A stretch of 64,000 bases of DNA. It comes from Podarcis filfolensis (Eukaryota). Under the pieces are notes generated by a model. That model made no database searches and was not told the DNA's origin. It saw only the letters and a list, made by a program, of their open reading frames with translations. The position numbers and the translations under genes are program-made. Of the stretch, positions 52,961-64,000 are shown piece by piece. Numbering within the stretch: position 1 is the stretch's first letter; each line of letters begins with the position of its first letter. The stretch lies in NCBI GenBank assembly GCA_964270895.1, contig OZ185440.1, one strand, 5' to 3'.

Positions 52961-54247
52961 ACAGAGGCAAAGAAGAAGATGGAATAAAAACAGAATTTGT
53001 GGACCATTTGAACGGCTGTCCCTTAAATGCAGGTTTCCACAAGCCTAATGCCAAAGAATAACAATAAAATATTGGTAGATGGATTCTGAAATGTAAAAAC
53101 TGAGGATACCATATCTCCCAAACTATTATTCACCCTCCCCACATTTTCTTATGTATTGCGTCTAGATACTGTGGTGGTTTTGAAGCTCCAAGCTTGTCCT
53201 CATAGTAATCTCAGTTGACTTCTATTTCTACTACCACAGCCCTGAACCTATACCTGCTGCTTCCTATCACTATTAGAATAAATGCAAAATTAATGCACAT
53301 GAACAAAATGTTTATAAATGTACAAAAATCAACATGGGGTCTGCTTCATAACCCCTCATCATCTGTTGAAGGCTCTACTGCCACTTCTCTATATCTTTGC
53401 TTATAAACCCTCAGTTCCAGGAGTATTACTAGGTCCCCTTAAATGTGATGCAAAATCTGTAGAACATACACCCCAGACACCATCTGTACTCCCAGGCAGC
53501 AATGTACCAACCTGTTCATACCTACAAAAAACAAACTCCCTGCTGGCTTTTCAGGTGAAATTGAAAAGAAGTTTTAAAGATCCCATATTTGGCAGTCAGG
53601 GAAATAGGTGAGAGCTGATCACAGCTAGAAGTGGTGTCTTGTAAGACTGCCTGAAATGGGAGTAGGATACAATTTTGGTTGGGTTTTTTTTTTTTTTGGA
53701 TGTGCTTAAGGTCTTCTGCTAGTTGTCAATTTTATCAATGTTCTTTAAATTGTCACCGTCTCTGCTTCAGAGGTCCAAACATATGTCACTATACCTTGTC
53801 ACCTAAAGATACCAGTACATTACACATAAAACAGATTATTACTGAGGAGACAATGTGATACCTTTCAAGTTGCATGACATAACTTTGAGAAACCTCTCTA
53901 TATTGGCTGAAGCTATCTTTTTAAATTTTAAATTAATCATCATTTGGACTCTTTTCTCTTTTTTTGCAGTAGCTAATACAACGGTTAAATAAAATCACTA
54001 GGACTTAAGCTGAGCCTAGCAATGGCATTTGGAGAGTTCGTCACACTCTCTCACCTATGCTGGCAAACACATAGCTCTGGCTGTGAAGAAAACCACAATG
54101 TGGGAAGGAAAGCCTACAAAAGAACGAAAACAGAAAGTGTCTAAGGCCTTGGCAGAAGGACACTAAATAAAATAGAGAGCCGTGACTCATTCTGGCAGGG
54201 AATCCACCTCAACCCCTTCAAAGGTTTTGGCAACAGTCCTCGGAGGA

Positions 54248-54387
54248 NNNNNNNNNNNNNNNNNNNNNNNNNNNNNNNNNNNNNNNNNNNNNNNNNNNNN
54301 NNNNNNNNNNNNNNNNNNNNNNNNNNNNNNNNNNNNNNNNNNNNNNNNNNNNNNNNNNNNNNNNNNNNNNNNNNNNNNNNNNNNNNN
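54248..54387. other. Assembly gap (140 N)
   Basis: Run of n characters. Confidence 0.99.
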
Positions 54388-56850
54388 GCACTGAAACTCA
54401 CTCTACAAAAAGTATGTTCTGCATGAGCCATGGGCATACATGTATGTTAGCGCACTATGTGCATGCAGGCAACCATAAGCATTCACTACATCAGAATTAG
54501 TTTTAAAATAAAGAGGATAACATTGGAAGCCATAATGTTGACTGCTGCCAGTTCAAAAATAGTTCAGTTACAATTACATTGAAGGGAAATGGGCAAAGTC
54601 TATTTCCACAGACTCAAAACTGAAGTGACTGCAGCTCAAATGTAAAGGGCAGCAAGACTGCCCTCCATTTTATAATGGTGTAAGAGAAGGAATATTAGTA
54701 GGTGAAGCTTGTCATTCAGGGGTACGAAAAGCAATGGCTGCTAAAATTCCTATGCCACAACTATTAATGGTAAATAAGTTCTTTCTGTGTCCAAACTTCT
54801 GTGTCTTACTGATCCAGTTTACTGACCTCCAGCTCTGACACTGGCTTGGTAATGCTGAACGTGAGCCTGTTTTGTTCAGTTTACACTGTTTCTGTTGGTA
54901 GCCTTGTCCCACAAAAGGTATGCATATTCAGTGATTGTCCTCTGCATCTGGTTACCCACTGGTAACCAATGGGCAGCCCTGAGAGCACAATGTCCAATAT
55001 AGTAGCCAGAAAGTCAGGAACCAGAAAATGAAATAATGTTGTATCAAAGAGATATGGTAGTAGTTCAACGAATGTATGCATGGTGACCACAATTCCAGTC
55101 TGCACTAGAACAAAGAAAGATATGCACAGGGCTGGAAGCAGGATAGAAACCGAGCTTAGGAGGTCCAAGAGCAAAGCATTCAGGCAATAATGCAAAATTC
55201 AAAATGAAATAGGGAGTTACTTCTATGGAAAATAGTCAGTGAGAAAGAAAGTTGGAGGGTTGAGAAAATGCCTTCTTAGAGAGACAAGACACCACTTTTG
55301 CCTGTTTTGTTTTGGTGAGAGAAATAAGTCAATTGGGAAGCCAGGAATTTACAACTGATGTGGGTATCCTTCAACTTGACGAGCATGAAGGAGCTTAAGG
55401 TTGCAATCCTACACACACTTATCTGAGTGTATCTAAACATAATGGGACTCATGCCTAAGTAAATATACACAGGGCTGCTCTCTATGAGATATTAAAACAG
55501 TATTTAACAACCAACTCATTCTTCAAGAAGATGAAGGTAGGGAACACCCCCATATAAAGCACTCCATGTAAAACAAACATTTCTTTTGTTAAAACTCATA
55601 CAAAACTTTTTACATTCCAGAGCATATGTGCACATGCAACCCCCATATAAGACATTCAAAAATCTGTGAATACATCCTACACTTTACTAAATATACTTCA
55701 GATATTTTACCCAATGGTGTATTTAAAGCTTGTCTTTTAGAGAAGCATTTAGACAACAATGCTTAAGATTTAAATACATTCCAGCTTTTCAGCATTCTTA
55801 GGGACCAATATGTTGCATTATCTTATTCCTTTTCTTCCTTCTTTACAGCTTCCAAGGAACCATATAGCATATTATTCAACTACATAATTAACCAGCACAC
55901 TAGCAGAAGTAGCTAAGTTCTACCTCTCCAAGTCTTTATAAAAGCATTCAAGTACACACTGTCTTCTCTATAGCCCAGAGATCCCTGTTGAGTCTTTGCC
56001 AAGTCCGGAAAAGTTGGACACAACATCCGGTATTTACACTAAGCTAAAATTCTAATCAGCACGAACAGCAGTGTGTTTTAATTCAACCTTATGATTTTAT
56101 TTCAATCTGCTAAGTAGTTCTACTGCCAGAATGCAACTTGCTATAAATGTAAGTAAACAAATGCAGCAACTAAAATACGTTTGAAGCTTGCAGTATATAT
56201 AAAGTTTGCATTTCTTTAGATGCATGTAACAAAAGAAAACAGTCTGAAATATCATTGATGGCTGCTTACTTCTGAGTTCTTTGAAAATAATACAGCTTTC
56301 CAGTTCATGCTTGGTATACTGTAGCCAAGGAAAGAAAGCTCTTAACGTTATTTTACACTAGCTAGTTCACCTCACGTCATCCCTTAAACAGCTTTCTGCC
56401 AAGTACTGTGAAAGAAGAACACAGTTACTACTCGGATCTCTGGATGACTCTATAAATTGTAGTGCCAAGAGACTGGTGCCAAGTTCAGCATCTTCGTTGC
56501 CTGGGCGGGGAGGGATACAGGAAAATTTTGTGAAGTTGGTCACCATCTTGGACCTGTTCTATGTATTCAGTCCTTGGCAGCCATCTTATAGCTTGGCAAC
56601 CATTTTGAGAATTTGTCTGGCATTCATTCAGAAGTCGCAGACACTATTTAAACAGAATGGTGGTTAAATATAGTCCAAATTAACCAATGTAGTGTGATAT
56701 CAGGTAAAACGGTTCTTTGTAATATCAAACAAAACAGTTTTTTTTTTTAAATGAGGGTTATTCTGATTTCCTAGAACACATGTTTTATTAAGGAAATTCA
56801 AGCTGCATGGTCCTTAACCCTTTAATGTTTTCTTTTGCTGCAATACAAAA

Positions 56851-56866
56851 CACACACACATACACA

Positions 56867-56920
<54 letters not shown>
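56851..56920. repeat. Compound (CA)n(GA)n microsatellite
   Basis: About 17 CA units (one TA interruption) followed by 18 GA units. Confidence 0.97.
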
Positions 56921-56922
<2 letters not shown>

Positions 56923-58070
56923 CAAAGAGGAAACAAAAACATGCTGGATGGTTATGATCTCAGATAACCTACCCAGATCGCAGGTATAGTGTTCAAGTAC
57001 TACTGACATATACTGACATGTACATATACTGTGCTATCCAGCTATTACGGATATACAATAAAAAAGTGACAGATCAAGAATTACAAAATGCAGAATGCAC
57101 TTTCTCTTTTGTTAATGTTTAATGAGGCCATCGAAACTCTAGCTGGAGTCAAAGTACAGGATCATTCTTTCTTTGTATACATTTAAGATCACATGGAGAG
57201 AGAAAAAGATTTTAACTGGGTTATTTAAGAAAAGCGCAAGTGAAAGTTAACTATTTAAAAGAGGCACTTCCCTGAAAGAGAACATTGTGTTTTTCATTAG
57301 CTACTTTAGACATTTCCCAAGTGTCAATGAAAGGGGAAGTACTCTCATCAGTTAATTATCTGAAATCACTATTTTTTATTAGGAAACTCAAAGGTTATTC
57401 TTGCTCATGAACAAGATTCCACCCCCAATTTCCCCTAATTCATAAAAAAGGATTATATGGCTACTACACGCAATCCTCTTCCAAAAAACAAATTCTAGCA
57501 CAATCTTCCCCAAGCTGATGCCCCCTATATGTTTGGAACTACAACTGCTAGCCCCAGCATGATTCTCCACAATCAGCTAGAAGCAGAATCGAATCAGAAG
57601 GTTCCATACAACACTTAATATTAACCAGCAAGGTCCCTCACCATGGCATCCACTCACAATAAAGTTCCATTGACTAAAGATACTTTCTAACCCTAATTTT
57701 AAAACTCTCTATTTGCAAGTTTAGTGTATTTTATTGCTTCCCTTGTGTTAGGAGGGTGTGTGTGTTGAATTGCCCCTTAGTTGCCCCATATTTAGTCAAC
57801 TTTTGTTGCCAGCACCAGTGGGGTATATTAAATCATTGGTTTTATTCCATTATCTTTTCTTCTTTCTTTCCAATGTAGCCTGCTCTAGAAAACAGTATCT
57901 AATTTTTGAGTGACAATTTCAGTTTCAAACATATTGTGAAAATCAGTAGGCCCCTGCAACAAAATGTTGTCATGTGGAGTGCTTCTGTTCAAGGTTGGCA
58001 AATACAGAATTATCTGAACTGGGTCAGTGCTGCCAGAAACTTTCCCCCTTCCTGCATTTCATCTACTGTC

Positions 58071-58198
58071 ACATCTGCACTATGCATTTATAGCAGTATT
58101 ATACCACTTTAAGCAGTCATGAGTTCCCCCAAAGTATCCTGGGAACTGTACTTTGTTAAGGGCGTTGAGAGTTGTTATAAAATTCATAGTGCAGATGT
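58071..58198. mobile_element. Short inverted-repeat-bounded element (probable non-autonomous DNA transposon relic)
   Basis: Perfect 14-bp inverted repeat acatctgcactatg/catagtgcagatgt enclosing cagtcatgagttcccccaaagtatcctgggaactgta, a motif I recall as a common lizard repeat. Confidence 0.55.
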
Positions 58199-58317
58199 CT
58201 ATCTCACTGGGGAATAAGTTGCTCAGGAGCTGCCTGGACTAGACATTGCTTGAATAGCAGCAAAGTGGCAAATACTGTCCTGGCACAATTATGGAATTCC
58301 ACAATTTTCAAAACTGC

Positions 58318-58649
58318 AAATTTCAAGGCAAAAACCAAACCAAACCGCTTATTTAAAACAAAAAAATCACTTACTATAGACAATGGTATCATATTATCAA
58401 AGTTTACAAAGTTAGACTGCAACCCTAACACCCCGATGGTGACAGTAACATTCTCAATGCCTGAATTAGACCAAATTCCAAAATTTCAAGGCTAAAACCA
58501 AACCAAACCACTTATTTCAAACAAAAAAATCACTTACTATAGACAATGGTATCATATTATCAACGTTTACAAAGTTAGACTGCAACCCTAACACCCCGAG
58601 GGTGACAGTAACATTATCAATGCCTGAATTAGACCAAATTCCAAAATTT
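58318..58649. repeat. 163-bp tandem duplication (2 copies, 6 mismatches)
   Basis: Units 58318-58480 and 58481-58643 align ungapped; aaattt recurs at the junctions. Confidence 0.95.
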
Positions 58650-61600
58650 AAACTATTTGGGATTTTTACAACCTCGCAGCACAAAATACTTCATTTTTAC
58701 CCTTATTAAAAATACATTTTAGGAATTGGAATATAAACTGTCTAAATTAAGTATAATTTCATAGTGAATACTAATTACAGAAAATATTAAATAAAGAGAA
58801 AAAGATAGAAATAACATCCGGGTTGTAGGATATTTTTAGATTGAGGGATAGTATCTGCAGTTGCATGACGTCAACTGCGCTACACAAGTTTGGAATGCAT
58901 TGATAAATTACTCCATCGATTCTGTTCTGCTTCACTTACCATAATTATAGCACAGTAATGGATGGCATGAGTGATATATTCTTACTTTAAAGGAAAGCCA
59001 AGAGTTTGCCTGTTTCTTTACGAGATTAGACCAAATCCTTTCAATTAATACAGCATGATTGATATCTGAAAGTGTAGTGGGTTAAGATACTTGCTTTAAG
59101 TGTGCATACTTGAAGTTTATTTGTATAAGTATTCACTTGAAGATATATACCATGTTTGAAATATTTAGAAAGTCACACTGTGACAATTTCCCAGTCTCTT
59201 CCAAAGCTTAAATCCAAAAGCTGATTTTGCAGTTATTGTTGGCATGCTGTTTGCATAGTTAGGCATAACACAGGAAGCTCATGTATTTGGGACTACCCCT
59301 CTACTGTGATCTTGACATTTGCTAGGCTCATCGCTTCAGGCTGGCCTTTAATAGCATCCAGTGCCTTGGTAAATATTTTATGTATTTCCCATTTCTTCTG
59401 CTGTCAGAAAGAAATAAGTCCACAGCTGAGCACAGTTATTCTTGACTGTCTAACAAACTTTATTTGGACCATCTGAATGGAGCTTGTGGTCCACTGAGAT
59501 TTAAGAACCTCTGGTGTAGGGTCTCTGGACCTTCAAAGAAAAATTCTGTTTGGAATATGATGTGTGCGATAAAGATGGAAATATAACAGAGATTTCACTT
59601 GCAAAACGTCTCACTGCTCATATAGACATTCTCAACCAGATCTAAGTGAAGAGGGACAAAGTGAGAAATAAGTGAGTGTAGAAATAAGTGAGCCTTAGAT
59701 GGAAAGAGAAGATACTTACATGCTGCTGCTGGACCTGTAAGCACCATGTCTAATAATTAATTGTTGAATTAACTATTTGAGCCCTATCCTTATGTTTTTT
59801 ATAAATGGTGAGCACTCTATGCAGCAATTCCCATGCATTCAATATGTAACAATTCTATTACTTTGTCATCCAATCATTTTAGTGGAAAAGAGCTTCGAAT
59901 GCATAAACTAGAATGGAAATAATATAAGCAGTTTCAGCGCTACAGTATTTCTTCTGCAGAAAGCAGAACCATATTCTGAGTTATTTCCCCAATAAGTCAG
60001 GAACTGCAGCCATCTGATGCTGAACTCAGCACCCCTGTGCCAACCAGAGTGGAACCAAAAGAAGACCCCAGAGAAACAAGAGGAAGGTACACTCAACTTT
60101 GCTTAGCTAAAAGGAAAAAAAAAAAAACCTTAAAAGTTTTTTTCTCACCAGATCAACAGCTAATGCATTAAGGACCTGGTGGCAAAGGCCATGGAAATGG
60201 GCAGAACTGGGGAAACCAGGGTCCCGTCAAACACAATATTCACCTTCCACACTTCTTGGAAGTCTTGAGAGGACTGCCAAAAGGCAGAAGAAGGTAGGCT
60301 GAGACCCAGTGGTCTCAGGAAGCCTCTGAAGAATTCACAGTAAGTCATCAAGCCTTAAAGGGATGCTATTTAATCCACAAAACACTTTGTCAGAGGTTCC
60401 CACTTGGGTTTATCTACAAAACAAGATTGTCTGAAGCTGGTACTCAGTGTTCCTATTTATCCAGAATTAATGTTTCCATATCAGCTACTCAGTGTGTAAA
60501 TGAAGCAACTGTTTTAATAGATATTTCCCTTTATCCAAGTGTTGCTGGTTTTTGCTTCACTAAAATGTTTACGTTATGCTGAAATGGGTGGGTGAAGGAA
60601 ATGGAGAAAATCACATCACCTTTGAATTAAATGTACGTTCAACTGTTTAAACAGAACTGGCTTCTCAAAAAATTTGCTCCTCAGCTATTGCAGTAGTGTA
60701 AAATTGATCTGTACTTAGAAATGTTGAATTTCTTCCCTTCTCATCTTACAAAGCCTGTCACTGGAAATAAAATGTAATCTGGGATGACTATAGCAGCTAT
60801 CAAAGCTCCTTTGACACATTATAATGTCTGAAACCCAGACACTCACCGTTTACATCTGAAATACTTCAGCATGTCGTGAACAACTCAAAACCAACCATTG
60901 ATCATATATATTGATTTTTACAAGGGAAACCAAGAAGGAAAAGGCCCCAGAAAAGATAGGATTTCTTTTCCCCACCCTTGTCTCTAACTTATTGGCTGCC
61001 AAACCCAGGTCTTCTCAGGCTAAAGGCATCAGAAGTTTGCACTGCAGCTAGCCAGGATGTCTGCACAAGATAATTCAAGCTGAAGGCAGATATTCTGTAG
61101 TGGGGAATGATTAGCCAGTGAATTCCACTGTGATCTGTCGAGATCCCAAAACAAGCTCCCTTACCGTAGGTAGGTGGACTTCCAAACAATACAAATAACC
61201 TATTTGTGTTTCAGTGGTATTTGAATATAACTGACTTTTCTAAGTCAGTAGTTAAAATATTTCTAAGAAACAAATGTGAATCCTAGTCTTCAAGAAGGTT
61301 TAAACAACAGGCTTAAATCAAACTGCTACCATTAAAACAAGAGAGAAACTGGTGAAGTTAAGAATAACAAAGACTAATGATGCCCATGTCACTGTGTTCA
61401 ATGGGATTGTATAGGACTGCAGCCTGAAATTTCAAACAGTTCTTTGGGACATTTACAGGGATGGATAGGAGACTGACAAGACTGGCTCAAAGGGACACTT
61501 AATCCTATAGTTCTGATGGTGGACATTGCCCAGCTCCAACATTGGTGCAGCAATGACAGCTGGGGAGGATTGGGTAGGTGGGCACTCAGCAACCCCCTAC

Positions 61601-63203
61601 AAGGATGGCTCAGGATTCATTCCATGGGTGCAGCCATTCCCTCCTCTTTCTTTATAAAAAGTAAGTGGCTGGGAGTGGGTTTTAAATGGAAAAGGAGGCA
61701 GAGCTGTAGGGTTAATAATTATATACAAATATTTATGAAAGCTTAACTAAGGCATCCTTCCATCAAAAGATCAGAGAGACAACGAGAAATAAAATACTGC
61801 TGATCTTTATTCCTTCATAATTCAAGAACAAATTAAAATGCATTTGTATCCTAATGTTTTGATATCTGATTTTGAAACAGCTTGGCCAGTGTTCAAAATC
61901 CAGGAAAGATTCAGAGTCCCATGCTACACCACTAGAGAAACATTCCCTCCCTCCATTTCTACAGAGTATGGTGTGAGTGTAAATCCTTGTACATATTTTA
62001 TACACTGTTAGCACAGCATTTTGAGGAAACCTAAACAGATAACCTTTTGAATAAGTATCTCTAACAAAAATACGTTGAGGCATCAGAATTGTAACAATAA
62101 CATGCTAGATTTTGTTTGTTAGCAAACCCTGAACTTAAATAATGCCATTATTCTAGTGCACAAAAACACTCAAAACCACTTACTTGGCTGAAATCTTCTT
62201 CAATAGGTACACTGTGTTGTTGCTCTCTCTCTATAACTCATATTTCAAGTTCCTACTATTCTACATATTAACTGTATAACAAAATGCTCAGTTTTGGGAA
62301 ACAATTATTTTTAATGCAATATAGACCTGTGTATCACACATGGGGAGGGCTGCAAGTTTTCTACACTAAATATTGCAGAAAATTCATTGTGAATTGACAC
62401 AACAACAAGTTGAAGCTGTAATGATATACATGGTGTTATGTGCTAATGCTTGCTACTGGTGAATTGCATTCTTGAAGTATGGGAAGCAAGACAGAGGTGA
62501 TAGGCTCTGTTTGGCCTTTTTGGACACCCCACCACCACCAATTTATGAAGTAATTCCTAGCCAAAACACAGTGATGCATTTAGATGTTTGGAAACAAACA
62601 GTTAGAAAATGCAGAAGGGGAAAAAAGCAGTTTCAAGAGCTAATCTGAAGTGTAGCAGTGGACATGTGAAGGGTTCAGCAACTTTAGCTGACACTTCTAT
62701 GTTATAAACTGGCCCCTTCCTGAAGTGGATTTTTATTTCAAAACTCTGCTTTATGTGCTTGTGTGTAACCATTGTACGGTTCTCTGAATCAAGTTACAAA
62801 GTTTTAAAACTAATTCAAAGTTAACTGAAGCAAACCTAGGTGACATAGTTAGCAGTTTATCTAATTTTCAAATCTGGAAATCAAGTTATTAGGACTAAAG
62901 CCCAGTCCCTCTCTGCAGCTGCAGAGACATGTAAAATGGAGAGCTACCTAACCCACAATACAAATGAAAGCAATCTGGAACCCAAAAACTAATGCCAGCA
63001 GAGAACATCTGGCTGAAGACAACTCATAATTTTTAAAAGAATTTTTTGCATTACTTAATACTCACTAGTAAATTGACCCCAAAGTAAAATCAGAATTGGT
63101 TTCTTCATCAATCTGTTTGTCAAACTGTGCCATATGTTTAGAGCACAGCTAACCAGCTTCATTTTCAAAAATTCCCTGATATAACAACCTGAATATCATA
63201 CCT

Positions 63204-63224
63204 ACAGACACAGACACAGACACA

Positions 63225-63262
<38 letters not shown>
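63204..63262. repeat. (ACAGAC)n grading into (CA)n microsatellite
   Basis: Direct reading. Confidence 0.95.
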
Positions 63263-63263
<1 letters not shown>

Positions 63264-63845
63264 CACCTTTTCTGTGTGTTCCACTTGATAGTATTCTGAA
63301 AAAGGAAATCACACCCCTTGTCCCTGCTTATACTGGGAGAGTTACATTGTACATAATTTTGACAAGAGACAATTGGTGGGACTCTGGATGAATATTGGTG
63401 CACCATTAACTGGCTGAAATGAAACAGACACTGAGTGAAAAATGTCCATTTCACAGCAAACAGAATACTGATAAAAGGAAAAGGTTAATTACGAGATACA
63501 GGAAAAGAGATTTACAAATTTAACATTTGCTGGTTTATGACAAAATGCACCTTTTATTAGGAAGAGAGAGGGAACCTACCCATCCCTAGCAGGTTGACAA
63601 GTATATCAAAACTGCATGCATTTATTTCAAAAGGACAGAGGCAAAACAAAATTATTTGCTAGGGTCTACTTGCAAAATGCTTTATTAATCCAGCAGCAGG
63701 ACATGACAACTAACCTTGAGTTGTCACTTTTGAATGGACAGAAGCTCATTGAACTACTGTGCAGAAATCAAGAGTCAGAGTTTCCTCCAGCAGTGGCGAC
63801 CCAATGATGAGGAAACTATAGTATTCTAGTGCTGATATTCTAGTG

Positions 63846-64000
63846 CTGAGACTCCAATACTTTGGCCACCTCATGAGAAGAGATGACTCCCTGGAAAAGA
63901 CCCTGATGTTGGGAAAGATGGAAGGCACAAGGAGAAGGGGACGACAGAGGACGAGATGGTTGGATAGTGTTCTCAAGCTACCAGCATGAGTTTGACCAAA
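63846..64000 (+). mobile_element. RTE-BovB LINE 3' ORF fragment (5'-truncated, runs off the window)
   Basis: Encodes LRLQYFGHLMRRDDSLEKTLMLGKMEGTRRRGRQRTRWLDSV, the characteristic BovB/RTE C-terminus. Confidence 0.93.

Noticed and set aside
58318-58649. Repeat array as CRISPR-like or other prokaryotic system
   Set aside because: Only two long contiguous units with no spacers, in a vertebrate intron; no cas genes or any prokaryotic signature in the window.
59720-59734. 15-nt frame-preserving microexon candidate (GPAAA) with GTAAGT donor
   Set aside because: No pyrimidine tract upstream and a non-consensus exonic donor context (CAT); consistent with chance.

Overview
Vertebrate genomic DNA from a squamate, most likely a lacertid lizard (inferred from Sauria SINE, Squam3-like SINE, RTE-BovB, lizard-type L2/L1 LINEs and Tc1/mariner and hAT MITEs). 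The whole window appears to lie inside the NFIA (nuclear factor I A) gene on the minus strand. Two short coding exons missed by the ORF track are recognisable: exon 3 (28151-28216, [23 protein letters not shown]) and exon 4 (6821-6895, [26 protein letters not shown]). The rest is intron 2 (>28216), intron 3 (6896-28150, 21,255 bp) and intron 4 (<6821), containing transposon copies, microsatellites, one 140-N gap and several repeat-free motif-rich blocks that may be enhancers. Apart from LINE remnants, none of the ORF-track ORFs looks like a real gene. The best lead is a 26-nt candidate poison microexon in intron 3 (17815-17840). It has strong splice signals, would put a stop codon right after the DNA-binding domain, and lies between oppositely oriented copies of one MITE family. 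A sense-oriented young L1 3' end with a polyA signal 2.9 kb past exon 3 offers a second route to a truncated NFIA. Conservation, expression and repeat-family names could not be computed; they are recalled or inferred, as marked.
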